A stretch of DNA of 63,868 nucleotides, counting the filler, from Octopus bimaculoides (taxonomy: Eukaryota): the NCBI RefSeq assembly GCF_001194135.2. It is 6 parts of 5 records of this genome, joined end to end, with 100 filler letters (N's around TTAATTAATTAA, not from the genome) between each part and the next. Parts side by side here need not be neighbours in the genome. Positions count along the whole stretch, not along the records: positions 10,615 to 28,804 come from NC_068982.1; 5 more parts are not named here. One strand, given 5' to 3'. Made by a program: the position numbers and the translations under genes. Below the pieces are notes generated by a model that worked only from the letters and a program-made list of their open reading frames with translations, was not told the origin of the DNA and searched no databases. Every line of letters begins with the position of its first letter. The first letter of the stretch is position 1. Positions 11,025 through 23,950 of this stretch are shown here, in pieces.

Positions 11025-13850
11025 ATATATACCCAGGCCTATTCCCCATTTTTTTAGGAGGGAGTAGCCACAACGAGACGCACACCAGGCATTCCATTCA
11101 TTTCCCAGCTCAAAGGGGGAGCCCCGTTCTATGCTTGGGTCAAGGCATAGAACGCAACCCCGAATATCAGCAGCAGGGCCCGGCAGCATGTGCTGTTTAC
11201 CCCCGCCGCAACATGCTGGTTCCGAACCTCTTTGAGCAACATCAAATTCACTCATCTGTCCACAAACACTCTACTAAGTTTTCCTATCACTTATAAACTC
11301 TCTTGCCTCTGTCACTTCGACAGCGCTAACCACAAAAGCTTTCCTCACTCTATCCATCCACACAAACCGTGGTCTGCCTCTAGTACTGCTGCCTACCACT
11401 TCTGCCTTCATCACCCTCCTTACCATCTGCTCCTCATCCATCCTCTTCATCTATCCGAACCACCTCAACATTCGTCCATCCATTCTGGCTGTTAGTCTTT
11501 CTCTCATTCCTGCTTGCCTTCGCACCACCTCATTCCTCATCCTATCCATCCATGTCACACCAACCATAGCCCTCAAACATATCTAGTTGCCTCCTTTCTG
11601 CCTTCCTCAGCCCCCACGCCTCTGCACCATATAATACTGTCGGCACCTCAGACACACCTTTTCGCTTTCACACTCAACCTTTTATCTCTCGGCATACCTT
11701 TCACAACTCCAAGTATCTTACTCCCCTCCCTTGCTCTGTATCCCATCTCCCCACCTGCCGTCACATGTGACCCCAGATACTTAAAGACACTCACCTCCTC
11801 TAACAACTTACCATTTATACTCACGTCCATCCTACCAGCCATTCCATCTCTCGAATATCTCATCATCTCACTCTTAGCTACATTCACTTTCAGTTTCCTC
11901 CTCTCACGCACTCTTCCAAACTTTGTCACCAGTCTCCTCAGTTGCTCTTCCGAATCTGCTACCAGTGCTGTATCATCAGCAAACAACAACTGCCTCACCT
12001 GCCATTTCTCTCCATTTTCTCTCACCATTTCGGCTCCCTTACCAAGGTTCTAGCATTTACCTCCCTCACCACACCATCCATATATAGATTAAACAACCAC
12101 AGAGACATCACATAACCCTGTCTTAACCTCACTTCACCACCCACCCTAACGCACGCCTTACTTTCTCTATAAAAACTCTGTACAGCTCTATACAATCTAC
12201 CATCTACTCCATACAACCACAACGCCTGTCACATTACATCCCTATCCACACGGTCATATTCTTTCTCTAGGTCCGTAAAAGGCCTAATACATCTCCCTCT
12301 CTTTTGCCAAAAACTTCTCACACATCTGCCTTACTAAAAATACTTGATCTGCATCCCTTTTCACTCCTCAAACTACACTACTCCTCCTCTAGTACACTCT
12401 TTGCCTGGTTCCTCACTCTAACAATAAGATTTCTCCGATACAGTTTACCAACAGCACACAACAGACATATACCTCGAAGATTTCCACACTCACATTTATC
12501 CCCTTTCCCCTTGTATAATGGCACTATACAGGTACTGCAGCAGTCCTTTGGTACGCTTCCAACCATATAACAAACATTCATAAGCCTCACTAACCATTCA
12601 GTCACTGTCACTCCTCCTTTCTTTAGGCATTCCACTTGTACACCCAGATGGCGCCTTCTAGTTTGCCATCTTCCGCAAGGATTTCCTCACCCCCTCCTTT
12701 CCAGTTGCACCGTAGTTCCATTCCTCAGCAACAGGCATTCTATTCTCTCCTCCTACAGACACTATACTTGCCTCCCTAACATTCTCCACATTTAAAAGCT
12801 CACTAAAATACTCTGCCCATCTCCTTTGTACATCCTCACTTCCTTTCGACAAATTTCCATTTACACCCTTCACCCTTTCTTCTCTTCCTCCAACCACCAT
12901 TCTAACCCTCTACCTCTTTCCAAAACATCTTTTTATTTCTTACAAAATTTTCGCTCAGCTTTTTCCCTAACCTTTCACTCACCCACCATTTCGCCTTCCT
13001 TACCACTCTCTTTACTCTCCTCTTCACTTCTCTGTAGCGACTATAAGCTTCTCCATCCCCTTTCTGCAACCACTCTTCAAAGGCCCTTTTCTTCTCTGCC
13101 ACCGCATCCCTTATCTGCTCATTCAATCACTCACTACCTTTCCAACCACTCGTGTACCACATACCTCACAGGCACATTTCATTACTGTCTCTCTAAATGC
13201 CTCCAACTCTTCCTCTACATCTCCTATCTCCCGTTTCTTAACCTGTTCAATTTCTCTACCTATTCCTGCTCCTTTTCCTATCCAGTTCACTCATCTTCAT
13301 ATCCGCTCTCCTCCTTGTCACTCGTATAGCATTCAATTTTGAGCATACCTTCAACTTACCCTGTACTAAGAAGCGGTCTGACACTCCTCCATCTTCACCT
13401 CTTATTACATGCACAACAACCAACCTTCCGACCACTCTTTTATCAATTAATACATAATCCATCAAGGCCCTATCCACTACTCTTCTTCATACGCTAACTC
13501 ACCAGGAATGCCACTCTCTCACGAGCCCCCTCCCAATCCCAACATTCGTCCAGTCACATCCTCAAACTGATACTCTCCCTTACCTTTCATCTTAGTCTCG
13601 CTCAGTGCCAGCACATCCATCCTTTTCCTCATCATCACACTCCCTATCTCTCTCCACCTTACCTTACTACACCCACGCACATTCCATGACCCTAGTACTA
13701 GGGTGAGATTTGGTGTTAACGTTCTTCCATCCCTTGTCTTTTTCTTGCTGTCTTTTTGGGAATATGGATTTACTAGGAGGAGATGATTCCCAGGCCCCTT
13801 GCTAACGCCCCTTTTAGTCACCACTTTCGCCACGCAGGGAAAACGGCGAC
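11025..13850 (-). mobile_element. Near full-length decayed RTE-clade LINE (APE endonuclease + RT)
   Basis: LVLGSWNVRG, ALSETKMKG, LMDYVLIDK, CIVPLYKGKGDKCECGNLRGICLL, LRQGYVMSLWLFNLYMD, QLLFADDTALVADS, FKYLGS; many frameshifts. Confidence 0.92.
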
Positions 13851-14172
13851 TGCAATATACTCATCCCCACCAGTACATACACTAGATATATATACATTAT
13901 ATTAATGTGTATATGTGCGTATATGTATGTGTTCGTGAGTGTATGTATGAATGTATGCATGTATATATGTGTGTGCACGCATGTGTATTTACTGCATGTA
14001 TATATATATATTCGATAGGCCAATACCGTATGCCTCGTACGCGTACTTTCGCTAAAATTTAGTTGCAGCTTGAAAATGAGTGATAACATCGTCATTTTAA
14101 TTGGCGATAGTTCATTCGTCACTAACGTGTGTATGTGTGTGCCTCTGTGTGAGTGTATGCGTGCGTATGTGT

Positions 14173-14215
<43 letters not shown>

Positions 14216-14731
14216 TGTGTAAACATGTGTATCCAAATAGATAGATATATACATAGATATAGCCAAAGTATATATAACATATATCTAGAAAACTTACATA
14301 CGCTCATATATATACACACATTTATGTATGTATGTATATATATATATATACATACATATANNNNNNNNNNNNNNNNNNNNNNNNNNNNNNNNNNNNNNNN
14401 NNNNNNNNNNNNNNNNNNNNNNNNNNNNNNNNNNNNNNNNNNNNNNNNNNNNNNNNNNNNNNNNNNNNNNNNNNNNNNNNNNNNNNNNNNNNNNNNNNNN
14501 NNNNNNNNNNNNNNNNNNNNNNNNNNNNNNNNNNNNNNNNNNNNNNNNNNNNNNNNNNNNNNNNNNNNNNNNNNNNNNNNNNNNNNNNNNNNNNNNNNNN
14601 NNNNNNNNNNNNNNNNNNNNNNNNNNNNNNNNNNNNNNNNNNNNNNNNNNNNNNNNNNNNNNNNNNNNNNNNNNNNNNNNNNNNNNNNNNNNNNNNNNNN
14701 NNNNNNNNNNNNNNNNNNNNNNNNNNNNNNN

Positions 14732-14792
<61 letters not shown>

Positions 14793-14934
14793 CCGATTAG
14801 TATAGGTGCAGACAATTTATATAGATTGAAGGAGTAGTGAGATCGATGAGAGTTCGGTCATAAGGTGCAGCTGTAATAGATGCTTGATTCGTCCGGAGGG
14901 ATTATCCGATCATTAAGCAGATCGATCAATAAAT

Positions 14935-15305
14935 GCAGTCTACAACAACAACAACAACAACAACAACAATAATCACAGCAATAACAGCAGCAGCACCAGC
15001 AACATCCAAGTATTGATGATGACAACCTAACTATCGCCGAAACGGATATCAGCAGCAACAACAACTACAATCTAAATAGCAACAACAAAAAGTGGAAGTG
15101 CAACAACAACTGTAGTAACATCAGCCGCAATAGTAACAACGACACCAACAATAACGTCAACATATCAACGCTAGCATCACCACCGTTGCTCGCACCAACA
15201 ACAGCAACAACAAGGACAACAACAGCAGCGGTGGTGGTGGCGGCGGCAGCAACAACAAAAGCAACAATAACATCAATAACAACAACAGTAACTGCAATAA
15301 CAAGA
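14935..15305. repeat. Degenerate (CAA/CAG/TAA) trinucleotide low-complexity tract
   Basis: Direct reading. Confidence 0.85.
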
Positions 15306-16711
15306 AAATCATAAAATATCGAAACGCTACGAAGTGCAAAATGTAATGAGAGGTGTCTATAAACTGTCGCAAAGCCTGCGAGAAACAGCAGCCAAATCGC
15401 CTTGTTACCTGAAAAGGGAGATAAAGTATTGGGTGATGCAGTTCTAACTACGGTGTGACTGAGAAAATATTGATTATGGCTGTATGTTTCATTAAAAGCT
15501 TTGCATGATTAGACAGATTTTGGGATTAATACCAACATATGTGACAACAACACGTCAAAGATGGACAATAATGACAAAACAGGATTTTATATCTCCTGCT
15601 CATTGTAAAGATCACCTCGTTGTCATTGTATAGAAGATCTCGTCCTCAATGTGCAGATTGTCTTGTTGTAGATTCGACCCCGCCATCATGTTGGCTCCTT
15701 TTCCACCATTTATTACGTATATTTGCTTGTAAAGGTTTTATTTATATATTAGTAACACAGTGTCGAGCGTCGTTTTCTGATTGTTGGCATTTTTTTTTAT
15801 ATATTGGTTCTGTGTGGATTTCGATGAGTTTTAACATACTTCAGCTGTTAACAGTGTCATTGCCCATATAAATTCTATATAAGAACTTACATATAGCTGT
15901 TACTCAAATACCATTTCCAGTTTCTAAGCTGTAAAATTTATCATACCAAAGCTCTTCCCATGAAATACAGGAAATAGTAAACAATGGAACATGAATTAAG
16001 GACTGCATATATTCATAATTGAATTTAAGCAAGCATTTATGCAAATACAGATGAAAGAGGGGTAAAATTCGAATGCAAACAGTATATTTTTTTCAACTCT
16101 TTGCGTTCTAAATTCAAATCCTTGCAGGAATACTCGTATGTACTTGGAGCCATATATATGCAAGTATATTAATATATTAAGGTATATAACGGTCAGACAC
16201 GCGCGCGCGCACAAATATGTCACATTTATATCCAAATAGAAATATATGTCACAAAAGTGAACTATCAAACCTCACCCATATTGAAACCCCAAAGCTCCAG
16301 GCGCACACGTTGAACTAAAAATATATCAATATCTCTGTGAGTAAGCGATGGTGTGTGCGTGGGGGGGGGGGCTGGTCTCCATGAATGCAATTAGTTTGTA
16401 GAAACACAGTTGTATCCAGGTAAAGCATGCATTTTGATATATTTTTCAATTAAGTTTTATATATTAAATAAAAGATGTGTACATCCAGTTCACTGAACAC
16501 TTTGTTACTGCTTTTTAATGCTTAATATATCATTTTATAGTGAAATAAAATTGGGTTAAAATCCTTGCAGTATGCTATGCAAAGCTCGCCCACATCTATT
16601 AGTTACCTTATGTACAGGAGAAACGCTCTTGCCACTGGATATACATCAGAAATTCCATAGTATTCGTGGAGTTTTTATAAATAGATAAATGATAGAAAAT
16701 GGAATAAACGA

Positions 16712-16983
16712 CATTCTTTGTTTAAAATCACTACAATTGTTTCGGCACGTTTTTAAATTCGTACTACATTGGTGAGATGTTGTGCGATCATTATCATTCA
16801 TCCAAAGTGTGAGATGCACTTCCTCAGGAAGTTATTTAAATAAGCAAGGTCTAATTTAAACAATCACCTGAGGAGGCACATTTTATACCTGGGATGGATG
16901 ATAATGATTACGCAACATCTCACCAATGTACTACGAGTGTAAAAATGTGCAGAAACAAGCGTAAGAATTTTAAAATGAAGAAC
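16712..16983. repeat. Fold-back palindrome (about 130-bp arms, 12-nt spacer) with two divergent HHR motifs
   Basis: Arm consensus AATCAC-CTGAGGA-GGCACATTTT...AAAATGTGCC-GAAAC-AATT-GTA-GTGATT is a complete type I hammerhead. Confidence 0.85.
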
Positions 16984-17019
16984 TTATTTCATCTAGCATC
17001 ATACATGTATATATATTAG

Positions 17020-17830
17020 AGCATCACACTTCGACCAGACCGTCAGATGCTGTTATACATCTCTAGTCACAATGCGCTTCCAATTTTGCTTTGATTGCGC
17101 AATCCTTTTCCGTCTTGACTCTAAGTGTTTAATTAAATCGTTTTCTCATCGTCGTGGCTGTCTTCCAGGTTGCGTTTTCCAGTCTCTTGCATAGAACTCG
17201 GCAACTGCACGGGTCCAACTATTTATCTATGAACCTTGCGACATGTCTGACCCAGAGGAACTTGTGCTTTCGGTACTCTGTAATCATATCGTTCTCACTG
17301 CTCTCTTCGTGAATTATTTCATTTCGAATGAGCTCTCTGTGTGCTCTAAGTGGACATACTCCTTTACCTCCTCAATTTCGTCGCTTTGTACTATGCCATC
17401 CAACCTCATACATTTTGTTTAAGATTTACTGCTAAGCTCTGAGGGTTCAACTTTGTCAGCATTGTCAGCAGCTGGTCTGTGATTTCAGTAATGAGTACGG
17501 TGTCATCAGCGAATCGGAGGTTTGTTAGTTGCTCGCCGTTGATATTCACGCCACCTGCCCAGTCAATGTCCTCTTTGGAGAGATAGTATCACCTTGCCTG
17601 AGAGCCTTCAAAATTGTGACTTTCACTGGTGGTGATAGCAGAGCTATATCTGTTGTGCATCCAGGGTTCGCATATCTGAGCAGTTCGATGTACTGCACCT
17701 TCATACTTTGCATTTCCAGAGATTTCAACACTGCCCTCGTCGCGATGCTACCGAAGGTCTTTTCATAAGCAACAAAAGCAATACACTGAGGAAGCTTGTT
17801 TTCGTTCGCTCGTGATATGGGTTGTATTAA
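17020..17830 (-). mobile_element. RTE-clade LINE 3' fragment (RT domain), distinct from 11025-13850
   Basis: FVAYEKTFGSI..VLKSL, LRQGDTISPK, GVNINGEQLTNLRFADDTVLI. Confidence 0.85.
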
Positions 17831-18424
17831 GGCTGTATTATATATCCGTTATATATCTCCAGCTTCTATATATATATATATATATATATGAAAATAATTA
17901 AACTTAATATATACAATTTCCTTCGTCAGCTAATTTGCAAAGAAATGCGTTATGACGTCATTAGGCTTTTCCAAAATAAATAAACATGAAAAACATAAAA
18001 CAAGAAAAGAAGTTATATAAAGGATTCATTGTACTTCTACAGACGTTAAGGGGGAAGGATTGGGAGTTTGGTGGCCGGGTGGAGTGAACTTGAGAGAAAG
18101 TGGGAGTAGGAGAGGGAACAGGAGAAAGTGAATGTTGAGTGTGAAAGACGTAAAGGGAGATATTATTTTTAAATGTTGTTGTTGTTGTTGCTGTTGTTGT
18201 TAGATTCTGCCCACTCATGTTTCAGGATATACCAAAGCTCTTCTCGAGAAATACAGGAAATAGTAAACTATGGAACATAAACGATAAGTTGTGGCCCTTT
18301 TATCAAAGTTCCAAATTGACTCTTCTGGGGCTTAAATTCCCTGACATTTTATGATAATATGTATGTAGACGGGCTTAGTGTATATGCAGTGGATAGGCAT
18401 ATGTGTCTATGTGTGTTATTATGT

Positions 18425-18907
18425 AGTAGTTATCTTCGGCACTTTACGTTCTGAGCTCAAATTCCGCCTAGGTCAATATACTTTCCACGCTTCTTGGATC
18501 AATAAACTTGTGTAACAATAGGAGTACTCGTCGGTTACGACGACGAGGGTCCCAGCTGATATAATCAACGGAACAGCCTGCTCATGAAATTAACATGCAC
18601 GTGACTGAGCAATCAACGGACACATGTACCCATAACGTAGTTCTCAGGTAGACTCAGCGTGACATATAGCGTGACAAGGCCGGCCCTTTGAAATACAGGT
18701 ACTTCTCATTTTTGCCAACTGAGTGGATTGGAGCAACGTGAAATAAAATGTCTTGCTCAAGGACACAACACATCGCCGGGAATCGAACTTACGACCTTAC
18801 GATCGTGAGCCGAATGCCCTAACCACTAAGTCACGCGCCCTCACAGTGTAACAATGGTATCAACTAAATCACTCTCCTTGATGGCCTTCTGCCTTAATCA
18901 GAAACCA
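18425..18907 (+). mobile_element. SINE family B degenerate copy split by a SINE C insertion
   Basis: ttacgttctgagctcaaattccgcc before, and ggccttctgccttaatcagaaacc after, the insertion. Confidence 0.6.
18520..18845 (-). mobile_element. SINE family C (tRNA head, GTGTCCTTGAGCAAGAC core) with 10-bp TSD
   Basis: Head GTGAGGGCGCGTGACTTAGTGG..AGTTCGATTCCC; TSD GTGTAACAAT at 18510-18519 and 18846-18855. Confidence 0.9.
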
Positions 18908-18930
18908 TCATTGTTATTATTATTATTATT

Positions 18931-19205
18931 TTATGAACATTTTCAGCGTATTTCGTTGGGTATGATGGAAAGTGTCAGCTGCTCATAGCTAGCAGGCTAA
19001 GGTGACACTTGTTTACCGATCATGCTTGAGGAACCCTGTGGAGGACTCTTGCAGTTCCAAGCAATGATGATTTTGTTGGTATTCTATCTTTTGTACTAAT
19101 CTTTTTTAGCCAGGTTAGTAGTTGAGCGCTGATACTCCCAAGCGCGCCAATCACTATTGGTATCACGTCCACTCTCTTCATTGCCAACAACCTGCGTATT
19201 TCCCA
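18931..19205 (-). mobile_element. R4/Dong-like LINE 3' end (subfamily 2) with (AAT)n tail
   Basis: WEIRRLLAMKRVDVIPIVIGALGSI, 3' UTR, then (AAT)n. Confidence 0.85.
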
Positions 19206-19835
19206 AGACCAACTATATGAAGTGCAGAATAGACAACGCTACCGATAGCGAAAAATTCAGAATGTGTGTTAAGAGGGATGAAACGGTATAGCACATCGTT
19301 AGAGAATGCCCGAAATTGGCACAACGTGAATACAACAGAGGCCATGACATTGTAGCAAGAATGATCCATTGGGAGCTCATTGGAAATCACGGTCTACAAA
19401 GAGCAAAGACGTGGTATGAGCAAATCCCAGAAGGAGTCACCGAGAATGAGAATTGCAAAATCATGTAGGATGCAATTGTCCAGTGCGATCACCCGACCAG
19501 ACATCGGAAACCAGACATTGTTGTGGTGAATAAAAAAAGGAAGAGCATGTATGATAATCGACACCATGATCAATGTAAAAGAAGGAAACAAAAACAATTA
19601 CGACAATTTGAAATGGGAAATACGAAGGTTGTGGTTAATGTAGAGAGTAGACGTGATACCAATAGTAATTGGTGCACTTGGAAGTATCAGCACTCAACAT
19701 CCAGCATGGCTGAAAAAGGTTGGGGCAAGCGTGAAGGTAGAGCACCTATAAAAATCACCATTACTTAGAACCGCAAGAATTCTTCTCAGGGTTCTTGAAG
19801 AATGACCAGTAATGATGCACTACAACCAGCAAAAT
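19206..19835 (+). mobile_element. R4/Dong-like LINE 3' fragment (subfamily 2)
   Basis: TNYMKCRID, HIVRECPKLAQREY, HDIVARMIHWEL, QCDHPTRHRKPDIVVV; matches 3242-3960 in reverse. Confidence 0.85.
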
Positions 19836-19859
19836 AAGCTGTGAGGGTTCTGCTGAATA

Positions 19860-20293
19860 CCACAGATTTGCTTGTCGATTGTTTGACCTTAACCATTTGA
19901 GCATGTCCCTTGGTGGCTGACGATATGTGCATCTCTGATCATGAGCAGAAGTAGTGGGGGGGGGCATCATAGCTATGTGGTTGAGAGGAATTATTTGGGG
20001 TTTGAATAATTCACTTTTCGAAACATGGGTGTTTTGCTCAAAATCCTTAAACAAACCTTATTCAGGGACCTTTTGAGCGAGATGGCCTACTCGACCTGAA
20101 GAAAATTTTAACTGGGCCCCACCTGCGAGGTCATGCGCTGTTTATCTTGATATGAGATCACCATGTCGCGCACCTGCGGTTGTGATGCATGTTCCTGGTG
20201 TACCCTTATCAGACGGGTAGTCATGATGGGTATAATGGGCTTCGTATATTTTACCCCAGTGTCACTTTGATGGCATGCACTGCTCTCTCACTC
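19860..20293 (+). repeat. Unclassified interspersed retroposon-like repeat (family E) ending in (AAT)n
   Basis: About 310 bp nearly identical to 38292-38603; both end in ctctctcactc + (AAT)n. Confidence 0.8.
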
Positions 20294-20327
20294 AATAATA
20301 ATAATAATAATAATAATGATTATGATG

Positions 20328-20373
<46 letters not shown>

Positions 20374-20892
20374 TAATAATAATAATAATAACCACAGGTC
20401 TCGTGGAAGGATACTTTTAATAATTTCTTATTCCTATAATTTGGATGTTTAATCCTCTTATATGCTTGGTATAATAAATATCTGACCATATTTTTCATGT
20501 TTATGAATGATTATTCTACAGTTTACTGTTTTTATATATATTTTATGGTCAATGCAGTGTGAAACTATTAAATACTAGAAGTAGATTTAAATACTAGAAA
20601 GTCTAGCTGTGAGAAGAAATTATAAAAATGTACACACATTTCTTCTAATTGACATCCTGTTATACATAAAATATTGTCTAATTAATGATTTTCTTTCGAT
20701 AGCAGAATTATATAAATTAAGATTTTACCCTCTTTCTTCAACTCATTGAAAACATAGAAGAAATGTGTTAAAATTGCTATTATTTCATCTTCCAGCTAGG
20801 GTTTCTAATACTGGGATTTAATTAATTCCTTCTAATTAACGTGATATTGTGTATTGTGTTTGTGTGCGCGTGTGTGTGCGTGTGCGCGCGCG

Positions 20893-21226
20893 CTTTAGAA
20901 CCACGTGATTTCAGTTTCTGTTCCACGACGCAGCACATTCGGCAAGTCTTCTATACCCTCGGGCCGACCAATGCCTCGTGATGGAATTTGGTAAACGGAG
21001 ATTGTGTGCACGTGTGTGCTTTTGTGTCTGTGCTAGTATCCCCCCCACCACTATCACTATCGCTTGACAACCGGTGTTGGTCTGCTAACTTAGCGGTCCG
21101 GTAATAGAACCCGATAGAATAAGTTCCAGACTTTAAAAATAATAACTACTGGAATTGATGGGCTTTATTCAACCCTTCCAGGTGTAGCACCAGCATGGCC
21201 ACAGTGCAGAGACTGAAATAAAAGAT
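20893..21226 (+). mobile_element. SINE family A-related degenerate copy
   Basis: ctcgggccgaccaatgcc, cgcttgacaaccg, taacttagcggt, cagcatggccacagt..actgaaa. Confidence 0.75.
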
Positions 21227-21334
21227 GCCTACATCTCGTATCTCCTATGATTACCACTTACAATGCAAGATCATACCCTGTCTAACGTACCATTCATAAC
21301 AGCGGAACAACCAAACTGTAATATCAGTAAGAAA

Positions 21335-21485
21335 GGGGTCGCACTAGAATTGGTCAGGAGCTTTATTTATCGACCATGAATGGATGAAAGACCCAGTTGA
21401 CTATACCAGGATTTGAACTCAAAACGCTAGGAAAAGGAATAATTATTGTAACCCACTATATCCGACTCTCTAACGACTCCACCAA
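21335..21485 (-). mobile_element. SINE family B-related degenerate copy
   Basis: tttatcgacc..ggatgaaag..gatttgaactc pattern. Confidence 0.5.
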
Positions 21486-21527
21486 TATATATTTACCCGA
21501 TTATACACTCGTATACTTTCATATAAG

Positions 21528-21571
<44 letters not shown>

Positions 21572-21666
21572 GCATACACGTGCGCGCGGAAATGCAAACA
21601 GACAATCTTATCTAAAGAAAAGTGATTCCAACAAGCATACACCCCTACGTAATATATATATATTGA

Positions 21667-21750
<84 letters not shown>

Positions 21751-22299
21751 GCACACACACACACATATACACAATACATATACACACAAACACAACCAAA
21801 GAAAATCATCCATGTGCGCACATCTATCCATTCTAATGCATACACGAGAACATTCAGACAGAACACATTGACTGGCATTGTCAGAGCTATCAGCACATTG
21901 GAGATGGGAACGTACACACCTACATACATGTATACGCATGCAAGCATATATTCGTATGTGTGTGTACGTGCGTGTATGTCTGCATACATACATACATACA
22001 TGCATGCATACATACATACATACATACATACACGCACACATACATACATACATCCATAAAAACACATCTGTGCACAAATAGATATCCTCCGTAGAAAAGG
22101 GCTACACACAGAGAAGCATCTTAAGAAACAGAAGGAATATACATTCTAAATAAATAAACCTTTTAAAAACGGTGGTTGAACATTTGTGTGAAATATGGTA
22201 GTTTGCTATATCGTTGACATTGTGGAAGGACATTTGCGAAATAAATAATACACTAACACTAACAACACCGAAAATATATGTTTTTACTTCATACCAGCC

Positions 22300-22385
<86 letters not shown>

Positions 22386-23661
22386 TCACGCACACACATA
22401 TGTTAATTTAAAGAAGTACTAAGAGTTTCATGCTTTTCTGATACTTTAACTAAGCATATTTATATAACGTATCATGTTACTTCAAGAATCTTTCAGGCTT
22501 TGTTTATACGCATAATACACTTGAAAACAAGGACGCTGGACAGTGAGAAAAGACAAAAAAAATTTTTTTTTTTAAAGAACGTGAAAGAAAAACGCCAAGA
22601 AGGTTGATGAAAGAAATGGAACGAGAACCAAGAGACGATATCAAGAAAACTAACATCCCCGTTCTCCCTGATTGTGGAAACCGCAATTGACACAGCTGGT
22701 ATAGAACAAAATAACAGACAATATGTCAAAGTTTGCGAGACAGCAACTCAATCCGGAGCGGTTGCTTTCCTCCAATTCCACAAAAGTAACCTGTCCATGT
22801 GTTTACACCTATCAAAAGTTTCAGATCTAGAATTAAGCTGTGTGTTGGAATTGCTGGAACTAAGAAGTATATGAAATCCTATTGCTACGCACAAATTGCA
22901 TTTCTTAGATCCATTAATTTATGGCTTACATTTCTCCACGATTCTCCACTTGATTGTATGTGGTGTGGAGCTGGTCTTCAAACTCCACACGTGGCTAACC
23001 TACTTAGCTGGGTTACTTTTCTGTATGTAGCAGAAAGAAGATAGATGGTTTGCATAACGTTTCTTTGAATTTGCCTTAGCATAACCCTTTGTAATTCTTG
23101 TTTTCAGTTGATTTATCTTGAAGCATTGCTGTTAATTCTTCCTCGTATATGATGGAGTTTATCATACACACCTGGTCCACAGTTACAACTGTGACTGGGC
23201 TCTTGGTGACTTTTACGAATTATAATGTTCTTTATATTAGGGCAGCAGCTGTATGATATTATAATCGAGCGTCTGTTAAAAGTCTTCCAGAATTTATGAT
23301 TTATTGGAAACTGTTTATCTAAAGGAGACAGGAATTTCTTGCCTACGTTTCATTCAGGTTTTTTTAAAACTCTTTTCCTATTTTCTCACTGTCCAGGGTC
23401 TTTTTTTTCAAATATAAATAACATATAAACAGAGCCTGAAAGATTGCTTGGAGGTACATGGCGTATTTTATGAATATGCCTAGCTAAAGCACGAAACTAT
23501 TTGAAGATCTTTCGGACAGTTATTAAATTAATTTTTATCTCCTACCGGATCAAGTACTTTCTTTGTTGATTCTATCTATATTGGATATGTGTGTGTGTAA
23601 TCTATACAGTAGCATACACGTACTCATTTAAATATGTGTATATATGCATGTATAGATGTGC

Positions 23662-23746
<85 letters not shown>

Positions 23747-23950
23747 CGTGTGTGAAACAACCACACAGATGAGAGAGAGAGTGACTAGTTTGATAGCTGC
23801 CAACGCACGAAACTCTTGGGTGGATCTTGAATAACTCTGTTGCTTCTGCTAAATATTAATACATATATGTATAACATAATGAAGGCGGCTATGCGCAATA
23901 TAAAACCAAAGGAATAAAATTCAATTGTCCCGAGTTGTGACTGAGGGTAA

